A DNA stretch of 60,713 bases, from positions 1 to 60,713 of the forward strand of contig DQUB01000055.1 in NCBI GenBank assembly GCA_015662475.1, in the 5' to 3' direction. The stretch comes from Pyrodictium sp. GTDB taxonomy: Archaea > Thermoproteota > Thermoprotei_A > Sulfolobales > Pyrodictiaceae. Both the position numbers and the translations under genes were made by a program. Shown here one piece after another: positions 29,324 through 38,175 of this stretch. The notes under the pieces were generated by a model. It had not been told where the DNA came from. It made no database searches and saw only the letters and a list, made by a program, of their open reading frames with translations. The stretch's first letter is position 1. Every line of letters begins with the position of its first letter.

Positions 29324-30046
29324 TTAGATTATCTTTGTCATTTTGGACTTAATTATCTCCTCAGCTTTCTCTTTCGGTATCTTTACATAGTCTAATCCAT
29401 TTATAATTTGAATAAGCTTCCCAACGTCTTTTGATAGTTCATCGACTGGTGTATTCACTAGCTTTGTTGATTCATATGCTTCAGTTCCAGGTATTAGCAG
29501 GACATGTAATTTGGTTTGATTGTCTTCGGGTGTTAGTATAGTGAGACCTAGATTCTCGCCTTTATCGTCCTTGAGCAATATCAAAACTTCGTTATCCGAA
29601 GTCCTGCCCAACGGTATTGCTTCTGCAACTTTAGCTGGTGCTGCATGGGTTTCTGGTTTTGCGCCTGTCCATTCTGCTTCTTCTCCAGTTACAGGCTTTT
29701 CTAGCACTTCTCTCGCCTTTTCTATGGTTTCTTTCACAGCTTTTTCGACTTCCTCGTCGGGTACCCTTTTGAACACCTCTATTTTTAATGTGTCAAGCTT
29801 CCAAACTATATCGCCGTTAACAACATCATATTCTATTCGTATTCTCACGACATCGCCTTTGTCTATCTTTAACTTGTTCACCAGTATGTCGAAAAGTAGT
29901 CTATTGAGTTCGCCTGCTTTTTGCGCCACTAGCTGGTTTGTTAATTCACCCGCCTTTATCTTGTCGCGAAGTTGGGCAAAGAGTACGCGTCTAAGTTTGT
30001 CAGCGTATGCGCCGGCTATTACGAGACCTGTTGAGAGTTGGGGCAT
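29324..30046 (-). CDS. DUF2258-like conserved archaeal protein
   Basis: N-terminal LSTGLVIAGAYADKLRRVLFAQL...DKGDVVRIRIEYDV matches my recollection of the DUF2258 family. Confidence 0.6.
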   Translation of the reverse strand: MPQLSTGLVIAGAYADKLRRVLFAQLRDKIKAGELTNQLVAQKAGELNRLLFDILVNKLKIDKGDVVRIRIEYDVVNGDIVWKLDTLKIEVFKRVPDEEVEKAVKETIEKAREVLEKPVTGEEAEWTGAKPETHAAPAKVAEAIPLGRTSDNEVLILLKDDKGENLGLTILTPEDNQTKLHVLLIPGTEAYESTKLVNTPVDELSKDVGKLIQIINGLDYVKIPKEKAEEIIKSKMTKII

Positions 30047-30105
30047 GCCAATTCTCCATACTAAGTTTTTGTTGTGCTAGTATTTCGGTTTATTGGTTTG
30101 TTGCA

Positions 30106-31449
30106 CTAGCCTGTCCTAAAGTAGTGATCCAGCTTCCTCTGGGCATAAAGATTGTTGAAAACTTTTGATGTTTTGATTATTGTGTTTAAAAGTCTATCAT
30201 CTCTTATTTTTGCACTTAACACTTTAACAACTTCCTTTACATCATTTGACTTAAGTATAGGTTGTGAGAGAGCATGAGCAGTTGTTAGGCGGATATGCCA
30301 ATTACCTACTGGTGCATAGTAGTCTGGGGTTATTTCACGTATTATGAGTACAGTGGCTTGTCGTCTCCTCTTTGCAAGATGTTCTATAACAGATAAACGT
30401 GCAGCCATAAACCCTCCATCAATCTCTGTAAATCGATTAGGTCTATCTTCCCTGACCCAGTGTAGTATGGGTTGCTTTGTATTCTGCGTCCACACTGTAA
30501 AGGGGTGCCATATTTCAACCATCTCAAGCCTGTAAGGACCTGGGAAAAGTATTATGGTGAATCTATTCCCAAGATATGATGCATTGTAAACTTCGATGTA
30601 ATCAACAACCTTGTCCTCAGACTTAACATTTTCAAGCAATTTAGCTGCTATTGCACTATCGACTGCAGTTATAGCCCACCTTGTTGGGACTAAGCGTCTG
30701 TTTCGCTTTACACCAAGCAGACCAAGAGAAAAAGCTCGTACAATTGTGTAGAAATCGACCTTCTCCTTGTAAAGTAGCCATACAGCCTCAGAAGCCTTTA
30801 CATCATCCCATACCAGCTTCTCTAGCACTCGAGGAGGCTTAGGATTTGAGACTATCCTTACACTTGATGCTGGTGCGCTAGGCCCGTGTGGAGCTAGTAT
30901 ACCGTCGAAAGACAGTTGTGGTATTGGAGGTTTCTGTAGTTTAACCTCACTATCTGTCGGCTTAACCGATATAGCAGCTATGCTTAGCTCCTTCTCATAC
31001 AGTTTCCAAGGATCTTTAATATGGAATTTAAGAATGCTTGAAACAAGATATGATCGAAGTTCGATTATTTTTCTAAGACTATATCGTTGAGCCCACCAAA
31101 GTAATGGATAGTCATATGTTTTTGCATCTTCACCATAAACTTGTGGAGGAACGTTGAAGAGTATAGGTACCTTTGGATATCCTTGTTCGCCGACAACAAG
31201 GCTTGGAGGTGTAGAACCTTGCAATTCTAAAGGTCTAGGACCAAGCTTTGTTACACTTGAAACTTGTGCACGAAACCTGTCGAGAATTGGACAAGAGGTA
31301 AGACCACAGAGCTTCTTATAGCCTTTGCATCTAACACATAGAGAAGCAGGTATTCTCTTTGGCACAGTATAGCTCCCCACAATCCAGAGTTTTAGTAGAG
31401 GCGATATCGCAGTACACCAACTACGCCTCCAAAAGTCTTCTTTATCCAT
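30106..31449 (-). CDS. Nre-family (DUF650/DUF651) putative DNA repair protein
   Basis: N-terminal CVRCKGYKKLCGLTSCPILDRF cysteine cluster typical of archaeal Nre. The ORF start overlaps aRF1 by 58 nt, so GTG at 31380 is an alternative start. Confidence 0.7.
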   Translation of the reverse strand: MDKEDFWRRSWCTAISPLLKLWIVGSYTVPKRIPASLCVRCKGYKKLCGLTSCPILDRFRAQVSSVTKLGPRPLELQGSTPPSLVVGEQGYPKVPILFNVPPQVYGEDAKTYDYPLLWWAQRYSLRKIIELRSYLVSSILKFHIKDPWKLYEKELSIAAISVKPTDSEVKLQKPPIPQLSFDGILAPHGPSAPASSVRIVSNPKPPRVLEKLVWDDVKASEAVWLLYKEKVDFYTIVRAFSLGLLGVKRNRRLVPTRWAITAVDSAIAAKLLENVKSEDKVVDYIEVYNASYLGNRFTIILFPGPYRLEMVEIWHPFTVWTQNTKQPILHWVREDRPNRFTEIDGGFMAARLSVIEHLAKRRRQATVLIIREITPDYYAPVGNWHIRLTTAHALSQPILKSNDVKEVVKVLSAKIRDDRLLNTIIKTSKVFNNLYAQRKLDHYFRTG

Positions 31450-32510
31450 TCTGCTTCTGGTAGACTATCTGAAAGGTAGATCACTTTTGTTCCATACTTT
31501 TTCGCCTCCTCCGAAATCTTCTCAGCTTCTTCATGCTCTTCGTCTATTATGACAAACTTTAGTGCGCCCATCATCAGCGCATTCTTCACCTCTTTAAGCC
31601 CGTATACTGCTAGTCCATCATCTTTTGCCAGGTGCATCTTAAACTCTTCTATAGCCTTCAAAAGCTCCAAATACTTTTGCTTAGTTAGTACATCTTCGGC
31701 TCGGAGAACCAACTCTCTAAGCCCTGCAATACCCTGATAGGAGACATCGAAAAGCTTTGACACTATCTTTTGCCTTATCCTGTAGTCGAGGAAACCGCTA
31801 TTGAGAAAGTCTTTCTTGGCGTAGCCCGGTCCACCAATTATTATGGCCTTCAAGATCCCCTTCTCTATAAGCGGTAGAAAGTGTTTTGACATAGCCTCAG
31901 CAACTTGTTTGTAGAAAGCTCGCACAAACTGCTCTATCTGTCTATCAAATCTACGCTGGCTCTGACCACCCTTATGGTGTTTTCCAGGCACATACCCTTC
32001 AATCTCCTCGAGTACCTGTATTCTTGAACCTTTCAAAAGCCCTATTGTAGCTTCATCTCTCTCTATTATCACTAGACCGTAAGCTTCTTCGGCTTCAAGC
32101 ATTTCCTCTAAAAACTCTGTATGGAACCATTTGTCGGTTCTATAGTAGAACACGGGTACAGGTTCTGGAGGCGAGAACATAAGACATATAAAGTCTTTCG
32201 TTTGCACGTTCTCGCCGCAAAATACGACAAGCCCGTTTTTGGGCACTTTGGGGATCGATGAGAGTCTCTCCATAGCAGATGCTAGAGCACGTTGGACAGC
32301 TTCTCTAGTCCTCTTCAACTTAATGTTATCCGTTATAGAGTACTCTTGCCTAAGAAGATTCATTACATCGCTTATAGGTCTACCAGGTGGTATGTAGAGG
32401 CTTAACAGTATTGTTGCTGGAGCTTTCCATTTTTTAAGCTCTTTAATTATTTGCTTCAATGTTCTCTTGTCAACTGTTAGCTTTTTCTCAAGTTCTTGTT
32501 CGCTAACCAT
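31392..32510 (-). CDS. prf1: peptide chain release factor aRF1
   Basis: GGQ motif (HKGGQSQRRF). NIKS-region DNIKLKRTRE. Three-domain length. Confidence 0.95.
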   Translation of the reverse strand: MVSEQELEKKLTVDKRTLKQIIKELKKWKAPATILLSLYIPPGRPISDVMNLLRQEYSITDNIKLKRTREAVQRALASAMERLSSIPKVPKNGLVVFCGENVQTKDFICLMFSPPEPVPVFYYRTDKWFHTEFLEEMLEAEEAYGLVIIERDEATIGLLKGSRIQVLEEIEGYVPGKHHKGGQSQRRFDRQIEQFVRAFYKQVAEAMSKHFLPLIEKGILKAIIIGGPGYAKKDFLNSGFLDYRIRQKIVSKLFDVSYQGIAGLRELVLRAEDVLTKQKYLELLKAIEEFKMHLAKDDGLAVYGLKEVKNALMMGALKFVIIDEEHEEAEKISEEAKKYGTKVIYLSDSLPEAEWIKKTFGGVVGVLRYRLY

Positions 32511-32652
32511 ACCCTAATCCCCCTACAGCCTTACTGAATCAAGCCTTAATAACTGGAACCCCCACTGTCAAGGTCAGCTAATCACTCTAAAACAACTGCC
32601 ATAATTTTAGTAATACGGTGGGTTAAAGCAGAACAGCCTGTGTAGAGTTACC

Positions 32653-32964
32653 ATGTTTTGCGGGCTAAAGATGGATACTGTGCTTAACATGTTGTTTGTT
32701 AGAGGGATAGGACCCTACAGTAGTGAGGCTAGGGAGAAGATAAGAAGTGTGTTGGAGAGGCTTAGAGAATTGGGAATTAAAGCATCTTTAACAGAAATTG
32801 AATTGCCAGTACTAGATGATGAAGGACTTACACCCGAACTTATAGTCGATGGCGAACTACTATCGCTCTTCACTTGTACGGAAACATTGTTGGAAGCAAT
32901 AGTTTACAAAGCTTATGCAAGTGTTATGAGTAGAAACTCACTCGCTAATATAGCTTCTACCTAG
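32653..32964 (+). CDS. hypothetical protein
   Basis: 103-aa ORF. No motif recognised. Confidence 0.4.
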   Translation: MFCGLKMDTVLNMLFVRGIGPYSSEAREKIRSVLERLRELGIKASLTEIELPVLDDEGLTPELIVDGELLSLFTCTETLLEAIVYKAYASVMSRNSLANIAST

Positions 32965-33363
32965 CTTGTAGAAGGGACAACCTTTCCAAAGTTTTTCACA
33001 ATTTTTAACTTCACTACGTGTTAGAAGTCTTTCAAGCACATTACAGTATGCGAGATAATTGCCAGCATACTCATACACTTTGAAGTATGGACATGCAGAA
33101 GAAGGTTTAGAGTGTAATAGGTGTATTGGTGGATAGGGTTTGAGCTGTTGAGCTATGGCAGGTGTTGGTTGAGTGAACTTTGTTAAACCACTCTTCTCTT
33201 TCTCCTCTTGCTTCTCTACATCGACAAAATATCGACATGATCTATAATCTTCCTGACCTCCTAGGCAACGTTCAGGACTAACAACAAGAGTACTAGGCTC
33301 TCTAAGTTTAGGCGAAGTACACATGCCATTTTTATACCATGGACAAGGCAAGGAACCACCCAT
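32938..33363 (-). CDS. Cys-rich protein with two Cys4 modules
   Basis: CPWY..C..C..CRYF and CPYF..C..C..CPFY modules. Related to the single module at 36919-37233. Confidence 0.6.
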   Translation of the reverse strand: MGGSLPCPWYKNGMCTSPKLREPSTLVVSPERCLGGQEDYRSCRYFVDVEKQEEKEKSGLTKFTQPTPAIAQQLKPYPPIHLLHSKPSSACPYFKVYEYAGNYLAYCNVLERLLTRSEVKNCEKLWKGCPFYKLGRSYISE

Positions 33364-33427
33364 AACAAGTTAGCTGGATTGGGCAAAAAGAAGGCAAAAA
33401 TGAGTTAGTGGTTTAAAACCTGGACTT

Positions 33428-34084
33428 TTAGCCACAAACAAGTTTTCTAATTTCTTCGACAATCTTGGTCTTTTCTTCGAGCTCATGAATTCTCTTTCTA
33501 AGCTCTTCATTCTCTTTCTCAAGTTCGTCTATTGTTGACTTGAGCTCTGACAACTTGTTCTCAAGCTCTTCTGGTTTAACACAGCTTTCTAGCTGTTGTT
33601 TTAACCTTCTATTCTCCTCTTCTAACTGTTTTACTTTCTCCTCCAACTGTTTCAACTTCTCATACTCTTCTCTCGTAACATGAACTCCGCCAAATGGTGC
33701 TACTATACGCAGCTTGCCTCTTGCAAGAAGCTCGTAGGTTTCACGGACAAGTTTGCCAGCCTTAGTCTTACCGGACAGGTGAGCTCTCACCGTGGTTTCA
33801 CTTCTACCAAGCTCATCAGCTATTTGCGAGACTGTGTAGCCAGCCTTTTCTCTAGCAATTGCAGCAGCTGCAACCGCTAGGCTGTCAACCCATGTTGCTT
33901 TCTCTAGCGGATCTTTAATCAATTCCAATACTTCTGGTCTATACAATGTTCCTATAATTAGTGCCATTTCAAGCTGCTGTACTTCCCGCTTCGATGTTGG
34001 CCTTAAAGGTATGTTTGACAAGTCGATCTCTATTTGTTCTATTTGTGGCGTTGCCTTTTGCTGTTCACTCATCTCTAACACCAC
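33428..34084 (-). CDS. HTH protein with a C-terminal coiled coil
   Basis: YTVSQIADELGRSETTVRAHL helix-turn-helix, then about 70 aa of heptad-like KQLEEKVKQLEEENRRLKQQLE. Confidence 0.65.
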   Translation of the reverse strand: MVLEMSEQQKATPQIEQIEIDLSNIPLRPTSKREVQQLEMALIIGTLYRPEVLELIKDPLEKATWVDSLAVAAAAIAREKAGYTVSQIADELGRSETTVRAHLSGKTKAGKLVRETYELLARGKLRIVAPFGGVHVTREEYEKLKQLEEKVKQLEEENRRLKQQLESCVKPEELENKLSELKSTIDELEKENEELRKRIHELEEKTKIVEEIRKLVCG

Positions 34085-34134
34085 ACACTATATATTGTTT
34101 TGGGTATAAAAGTGTTGTCTAAAACTTTCTTCCT

Positions 34135-34497
34135 TCAAGATATAAGACAACATTTTGGATTAGAACAACATGGGTCTAAGCCTGCCTTACAGCGTGACTT
34201 AACCCATTCGCGGACAAATTTGTTGAAACGTTCATCGAACGTTATTAGAGTTGCTACAATATAGTAGTTGGCATGGCAATATCCTTCGGATTTCAACATG
34301 CGTGTTATGGGAGACAACAACGACTTTATAAGTACGAGCCATAAATACCAATCAGGAGCTCTTAACAGCTCTTCCAAACTATTGATGCCGTACTCTGAAA
34401 ATGTGCTTTCCACATGACTCATAACTTTAGCACTAACATTAGGTGGTACTTTAGCAGCTCTTAATGCAGTCTGTAATGCTTCAACAAGTTTCTTCAT
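34135..34497 (-). CDS. hypothetical protein with a Cys-rich CaaX-like C-terminus
   Basis: 120-aa ORF ending ...DPCCSNPKCCLIS*. Confidence 0.55.
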   Translation of the reverse strand: MKKLVEALQTALRAAKVPPNVSAKVMSHVESTFSEYGINSLEELLRAPDWYLWLVLIKSLLSPITRMLKSEGYCHANYYIVATLITFDERFNKFVREWVKSRCKAGLDPCCSNPKCCLIS

Positions 34498-34560
34498 AAG
34501 AGTCCCAAGCTATACTATTGGTTGGGGAGGAGGGTAGATTAAACAACTCGCTTTGAAGAT

Positions 34561-34612
34561 GTGATGACTAAAGGCCTCTACTGATAAGAGTGATGACGCT
34601 TTAGGCCGCTGA
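34561..34612 (+). ncRNA. box C/D sRNA (2'-O-methylation guide)
   Basis: GTGATGA-13nt-CTGA-taaga-GTGATGA-12nt-CTGA, all four boxes canonical. TATA-like ATTAAA lies about 20 nt upstream. D guide CGCTTTAGGCCG is complementary to the conserved archaeal 16S GGCCUAAAGCG. Confidence 0.85.
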
Positions 34613-34623
34613 ATCAAATCGTG

Positions 34624-35007
34624 TTACTCGCTTGATGATAGTAACCGCCACACCTCGTAAAAGTAGCATTTTATTTCACTAGGGACCTTTACACGGCCGT
34701 AAACAAGTCTTTCAAGGATTTTCCTCAGTTCATGCTTAACAGAAACGATGTCAGCATAACTAACATCAGGTCTGCATAACATACTTTCAAACTTCAACGA
34801 TTTTTGCAACAAGAAAGTAAGTTCATCTATAAGATTTTTTATTGCGAGATTCTCAGACTGAAAACTGTAGACGTCGAGATTAGCAGATTCTTGTAACATT
34901 CGTTGCCTCTCACGAAGTTTAAGAATAGTGGACTCTATGGTTTCAGCAACAGCCTTTAGTTTTGGACAAACATACGCTAATAATGACATTTCATTACCCG
35001 TGATCAT
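34624..35007 (-). CDS. hypothetical helical protein
   Basis: 127-aa ORF. No motif recognised. Confidence 0.55.
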   Translation of the reverse strand: MITGNEMSLLAYVCPKLKAVAETIESTILKLRERQRMLQESANLDVYSFQSENLAIKNLIDELTFLLQKSLKFESMLCRPDVSYADIVSVKHELRKILERLVYGRVKVPSEIKCYFYEVWRLLSSSE

Positions 35008-35189
35008 AGCTAAAACTCCAACTATAAGAGCTATACATGGGTTTACCCTCTAACCCTCACGACACGATAATATCAATAGAAGATAATAATGCTTGAAGCC
35101 ATATTCTATTCCTACAATCTGGTCAGGGTTTATAAGGGTGGAGGCGTCTGACTAGCTTGGCGAGATAGACAGAGGAGGTTGAGCGGTCT

Positions 35190-35507
35190 ATGTCTCGTTC
35201 AGACTTTAACGAGAGATCCTTTTCCAATCAACGTGAAAACGTCTACGTATACAACGAGAATATAGTACTTCAAAAATTGTATGAAGATGACGAGTTAGTG
35301 GTTGTTGTTGCTCCTAACGAAGATCAGCTAAGAGATATCATAATCAAACTCCTTCGCGAAAAACCATTAACAGTAAAAGAGTTACATTCGATCCTCTCAG
35401 GCTTAGCAAGTGAAGATAAAATACGTCATGCTTTGAACCAGTTAATGGAGGAAGGTCTTGTATATTCTGACAAAGAAGGACGTTACTTCTTAGTAGCCTC
35501 CTACTAA
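35190..35507 (+). CDS. small winged-helix protein
   Basis: LTVKELHSILSGLASEDKIRHALNQLMEEGLVYSDKEGRYFL resembles a wHTH. Confidence 0.6.
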   Translation: MSRSDFNERSFSNQRENVYVYNENIVLQKLYEDDELVVVVAPNEDQLRDIIIKLLREKPLTVKELHSILSGLASEDKIRHALNQLMEEGLVYSDKEGRYFLVASY

Positions 35508-35841
35508 TTGTTTTGCAACAGCTAATTTTACACAGTTAACCTTAGTTTAAGAGTTTAGATCTTTAAACAGTTGAAACAATCTTTTTCTAAAACAGTTATG
35601 CTGATTATCAAAGCTTTTAAGATGGAAAGTGAATATGCCTCTCCCATGTTTTACCCTCCCACCCTATAACGTTGTTAACTAGCCTTTGAAGCAGCTTTGA
35701 TGTGCATGGGTTTTGGTGGAAAGCTTTAGAATATCTGTCAAAGTCTGATTTCATAGACTTTCTCCAGATGTGGTGGTAGAGTGTATTCTACGTGATAAGA
35801 TCCTTAAACCTTGGTTGTGATCGTACACGGTAGTATAGGGA

Positions 35842-36864
35842 ATGCTTAAATTGATGCGAATAAAATTGCCTAGCAAGCGTGTTGCTAGGGATATTGCTGG
35901 AAAAGTCTACGATGTCGTGGTAGTTGGAGGAGGGCCAGCCGGTTTAACTGCAGCACTTTATGCTGCACGCTATATGTTGAGCGTTGTAGTTATTACTGAA
36001 AGGATTGGCGGGCAAATGGCTGAAGCAGGCTGGATTGAGAATTATCCTGGCATTCCACGTATTGTTGGTCCTGAACTAGCTAAGCGGTTTGAGGAGCATG
36101 TTAAAAGATATAATGTGCCAATAATACTGGACACAGTTGTTGATGTTTTGCGTGATGGTGAATTATTTGTTGTGAAACTGACATCAGGTGTTGAGCTTAA
36201 GGGACGCACAATAATACTTGCTATGGGTGTTAGGAAACGCAGACTTGGAGTTCCAGGCGAACTAGAATTTTTAGGGCGTGGAGTAAGCTATTGTGCTCCA
36301 TGCGATGCTCCACTCTTCCGCGGTAAGCGAGTTGCTGTAGTGGGAGGAGGTGATTCAGCTGCTAGCGCTGCTCTCCTCCTAGCAGAATATGCTGATAAAG
36401 TCTACATAGTCCATAGACGTGATCAATTACGCGTTCAGCCACTGTACAGAAAATTGTTAGATGAAAATCCACGCATAGAAGTGTTGTACAACAGGGTTGT
36501 AAAGAGGATTTGTGGAGATAAAGTTGTTAGAAAGCTTGTCCTGGAAAACACCGTGAATGGGCAAATAGAAGAATTAAATGTTGATGGTGTGTTTATCGAG
36601 ATAGGTGCTGAACCGCCTACAGACTTTGCCAAAAAGCTGGGGTTGGAAGTTGACGACAAAGGATATATAAAGGTTAGAGATGATATGTCGACGAACATTC
36701 CAGGTGTTTTTGCAGCAGGTGACTGTACCAATGCATTTGGCGGTGTAAAACAAATTATTGTTGCAGCTGCTATGGGGGCTATTGCAGCAACATCTGCTTA
36801 CAAATACCTACTTGGAAAGAAGGAGGGAGGTAGAGGCATGCAACAACTGGATTATGGAAAATAA
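35842..36864 (+). CDS. trxB: thioredoxin reductase
   Basis: FAD motif VVVGGGPAGLTAA, redox CAPCD, NADPH motif VVGGGDSA, GVFAAGD. Confidence 0.9.
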   Translation: MLKLMRIKLPSKRVARDIAGKVYDVVVVGGGPAGLTAALYAARYMLSVVVITERIGGQMAEAGWIENYPGIPRIVGPELAKRFEEHVKRYNVPIILDTVVDVLRDGELFVVKLTSGVELKGRTIILAMGVRKRRLGVPGELEFLGRGVSYCAPCDAPLFRGKRVAVVGGGDSAASAALLLAEYADKVYIVHRRDQLRVQPLYRKLLDENPRIEVLYNRVVKRICGDKVVRKLVLENTVNGQIEELNVDGVFIEIGAEPPTDFAKKLGLEVDDKGYIKVRDDMSTNIPGVFAAGDCTNAFGGVKQIIVAAAMGAIAATSAYKYLLGKKEGGRGMQQLDYGK

Positions 36865-36918
36865 AAATTTGAGTAAGGCTTACACAACACCCCTCTGCAC
36901 TACTCATACTTTAAGATG

Positions 36919-37233
36919 TTAGACTGCTAATGTTAAGTCTAGGAAGTCCATGGGTAGAGGTTTACCTTTAGATTTAAGCTCATCATATTTCTGGGAAAGC
37001 CATTCGATGAAGACAGGACAACCATCAAACTTGCCATCACGTTCACAACGTTCACCAAGTTTAAGGAAACATTTGCCAGTACGTTTATCATAGTATGGGC
37101 ACATCTTGTGATACTGTTTAGCACTTCTCATCATTCTCTGGACCCATCGCTTTTTAGGATCTTTTTTCTCCTTCTCCTCTATCTGACCTAGAGCCTTCTT
37201 GAACTCCTCTTCTGAAACCCTTATTGTAGGCAT
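36919..37233 (-). CDS. Cys-rich protein with a single Cys4 module
   Basis: CPYYDKRTGKCFLKLGERCERDGKFDGCPVF. I place the start at ATG 37233 because GAGGTGA sits 5 nt upstream. The ORF is open to 37278. Confidence 0.6.
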   Translation of the reverse strand: MPTIRVSEEEFKKALGQIEEKEKKDPKKRWVQRMMRSAKQYHKMCPYYDKRTGKCFLKLGERCERDGKFDGCPVFIEWLSQKYDELKSKGKPLPMDFLDLTLAV

Positions 37234-37353
37234 ATTATTCACCTCGCAGACAAATATGTTCTGTGTTTTCTGGTACAATACCTGGACTCTAGACTAGGGT
37301 TAGGGAATTTTTATCGGTTAACCTTAACAAGCTAATAGGGTTGTGAAGAGTTT

Positions 37354-38169
37354 ATGGTTGAGTCAAGGTCTAGGACTAGTGCTAATGTAGTTAAAGTTAG
37401 CAAAGACCTTGTTTTCAAACATTTGGAGAAGAACAGTTTTCTAAAGAAAGCATACGAGGAGTTGATTAATGATGCTGAAGTTAAAGCTCTTCTTCACATG
37501 AGCAATGTAATGGCTGTAAAAAGATTAAAGTACAATGATCATGGCCCTGTTCATGCTAACATAGTTGCAGGTGTAGCACTTGAGCTGCTCGAGAGACTAC
37601 TTCAGCACGATGTTGTGCCAAATTCTATAAAAGATGGTGTGGTTGACAACTTAGACTATGTTAGACTCATAGTCCTCTATGGTGCGCTATTGCACGATAT
37701 AGGAAACGCTGTCCATAGAGATATGCATGAGAGAATTGGCGCTCTTCTCGCAAAAGACATATTGGATAGGATCCTCTCTAGACTCATAAAAGACCGTAGT
37801 CTAGCCTACCTGATAAGACAGGAAATACTACATGCAATATATGCCACAGCATATGATGTGAGATGTCTAAGTGTTGAGGCTGGAATAGTGAAGATAGCAG
37901 ATGGGCTTGATATGGCTGAGGGGAGAGCTAGGATACCATACAAGCTCGGCAAAATGGATATACATGCTCTATCTGCACTAAGCATCAAGTCTGTAGAGAT
38001 TGGTGAAGGTGTTAAGAGACCCATAGCTATTAGAGTATTCATGAATGATAGTAGTGGCGTATTTCAAGTAGAGTATGTGTTCCTGCCAAAACTTCGGACA
38101 AGCGGTCTTGAACACTACTTTGAAGTCTATATAGCAACGCCTCTAGGAGAGCACAGACTCTATCCCTAG
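37354..38169 (+). CDS. HD-domain phosphohydrolase
   Basis: HGPVHANIV and LLHDIGNAVHR motifs. Confidence 0.8.
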   Translation: MVESRSRTSANVVKVSKDLVFKHLEKNSFLKKAYEELINDAEVKALLHMSNVMAVKRLKYNDHGPVHANIVAGVALELLERLLQHDVVPNSIKDGVVDNLDYVRLIVLYGALLHDIGNAVHRDMHERIGALLAKDILDRILSRLIKDRSLAYLIRQEILHAIYATAYDVRCLSVEAGIVKIADGLDMAEGRARIPYKLGKMDIHALSALSIKSVEIGEGVKRPIAIRVFMNDSSGVFQVEYVFLPKLRTSGLEHYFEVYIATPLGEHRLYP

Positions 38170-38175
38170 GTACGT

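Noticed and set aside
32316-32327. aRF1 reads NIKL where the canonical stop-codon-recognition motif is NIKS.
   Set aside because: From memory I cannot tell whether this is normal variation among crenarchaeal aRF1s. All three stop codons visibly terminate well-supported genes in this window, so there is no sign of reassignment.
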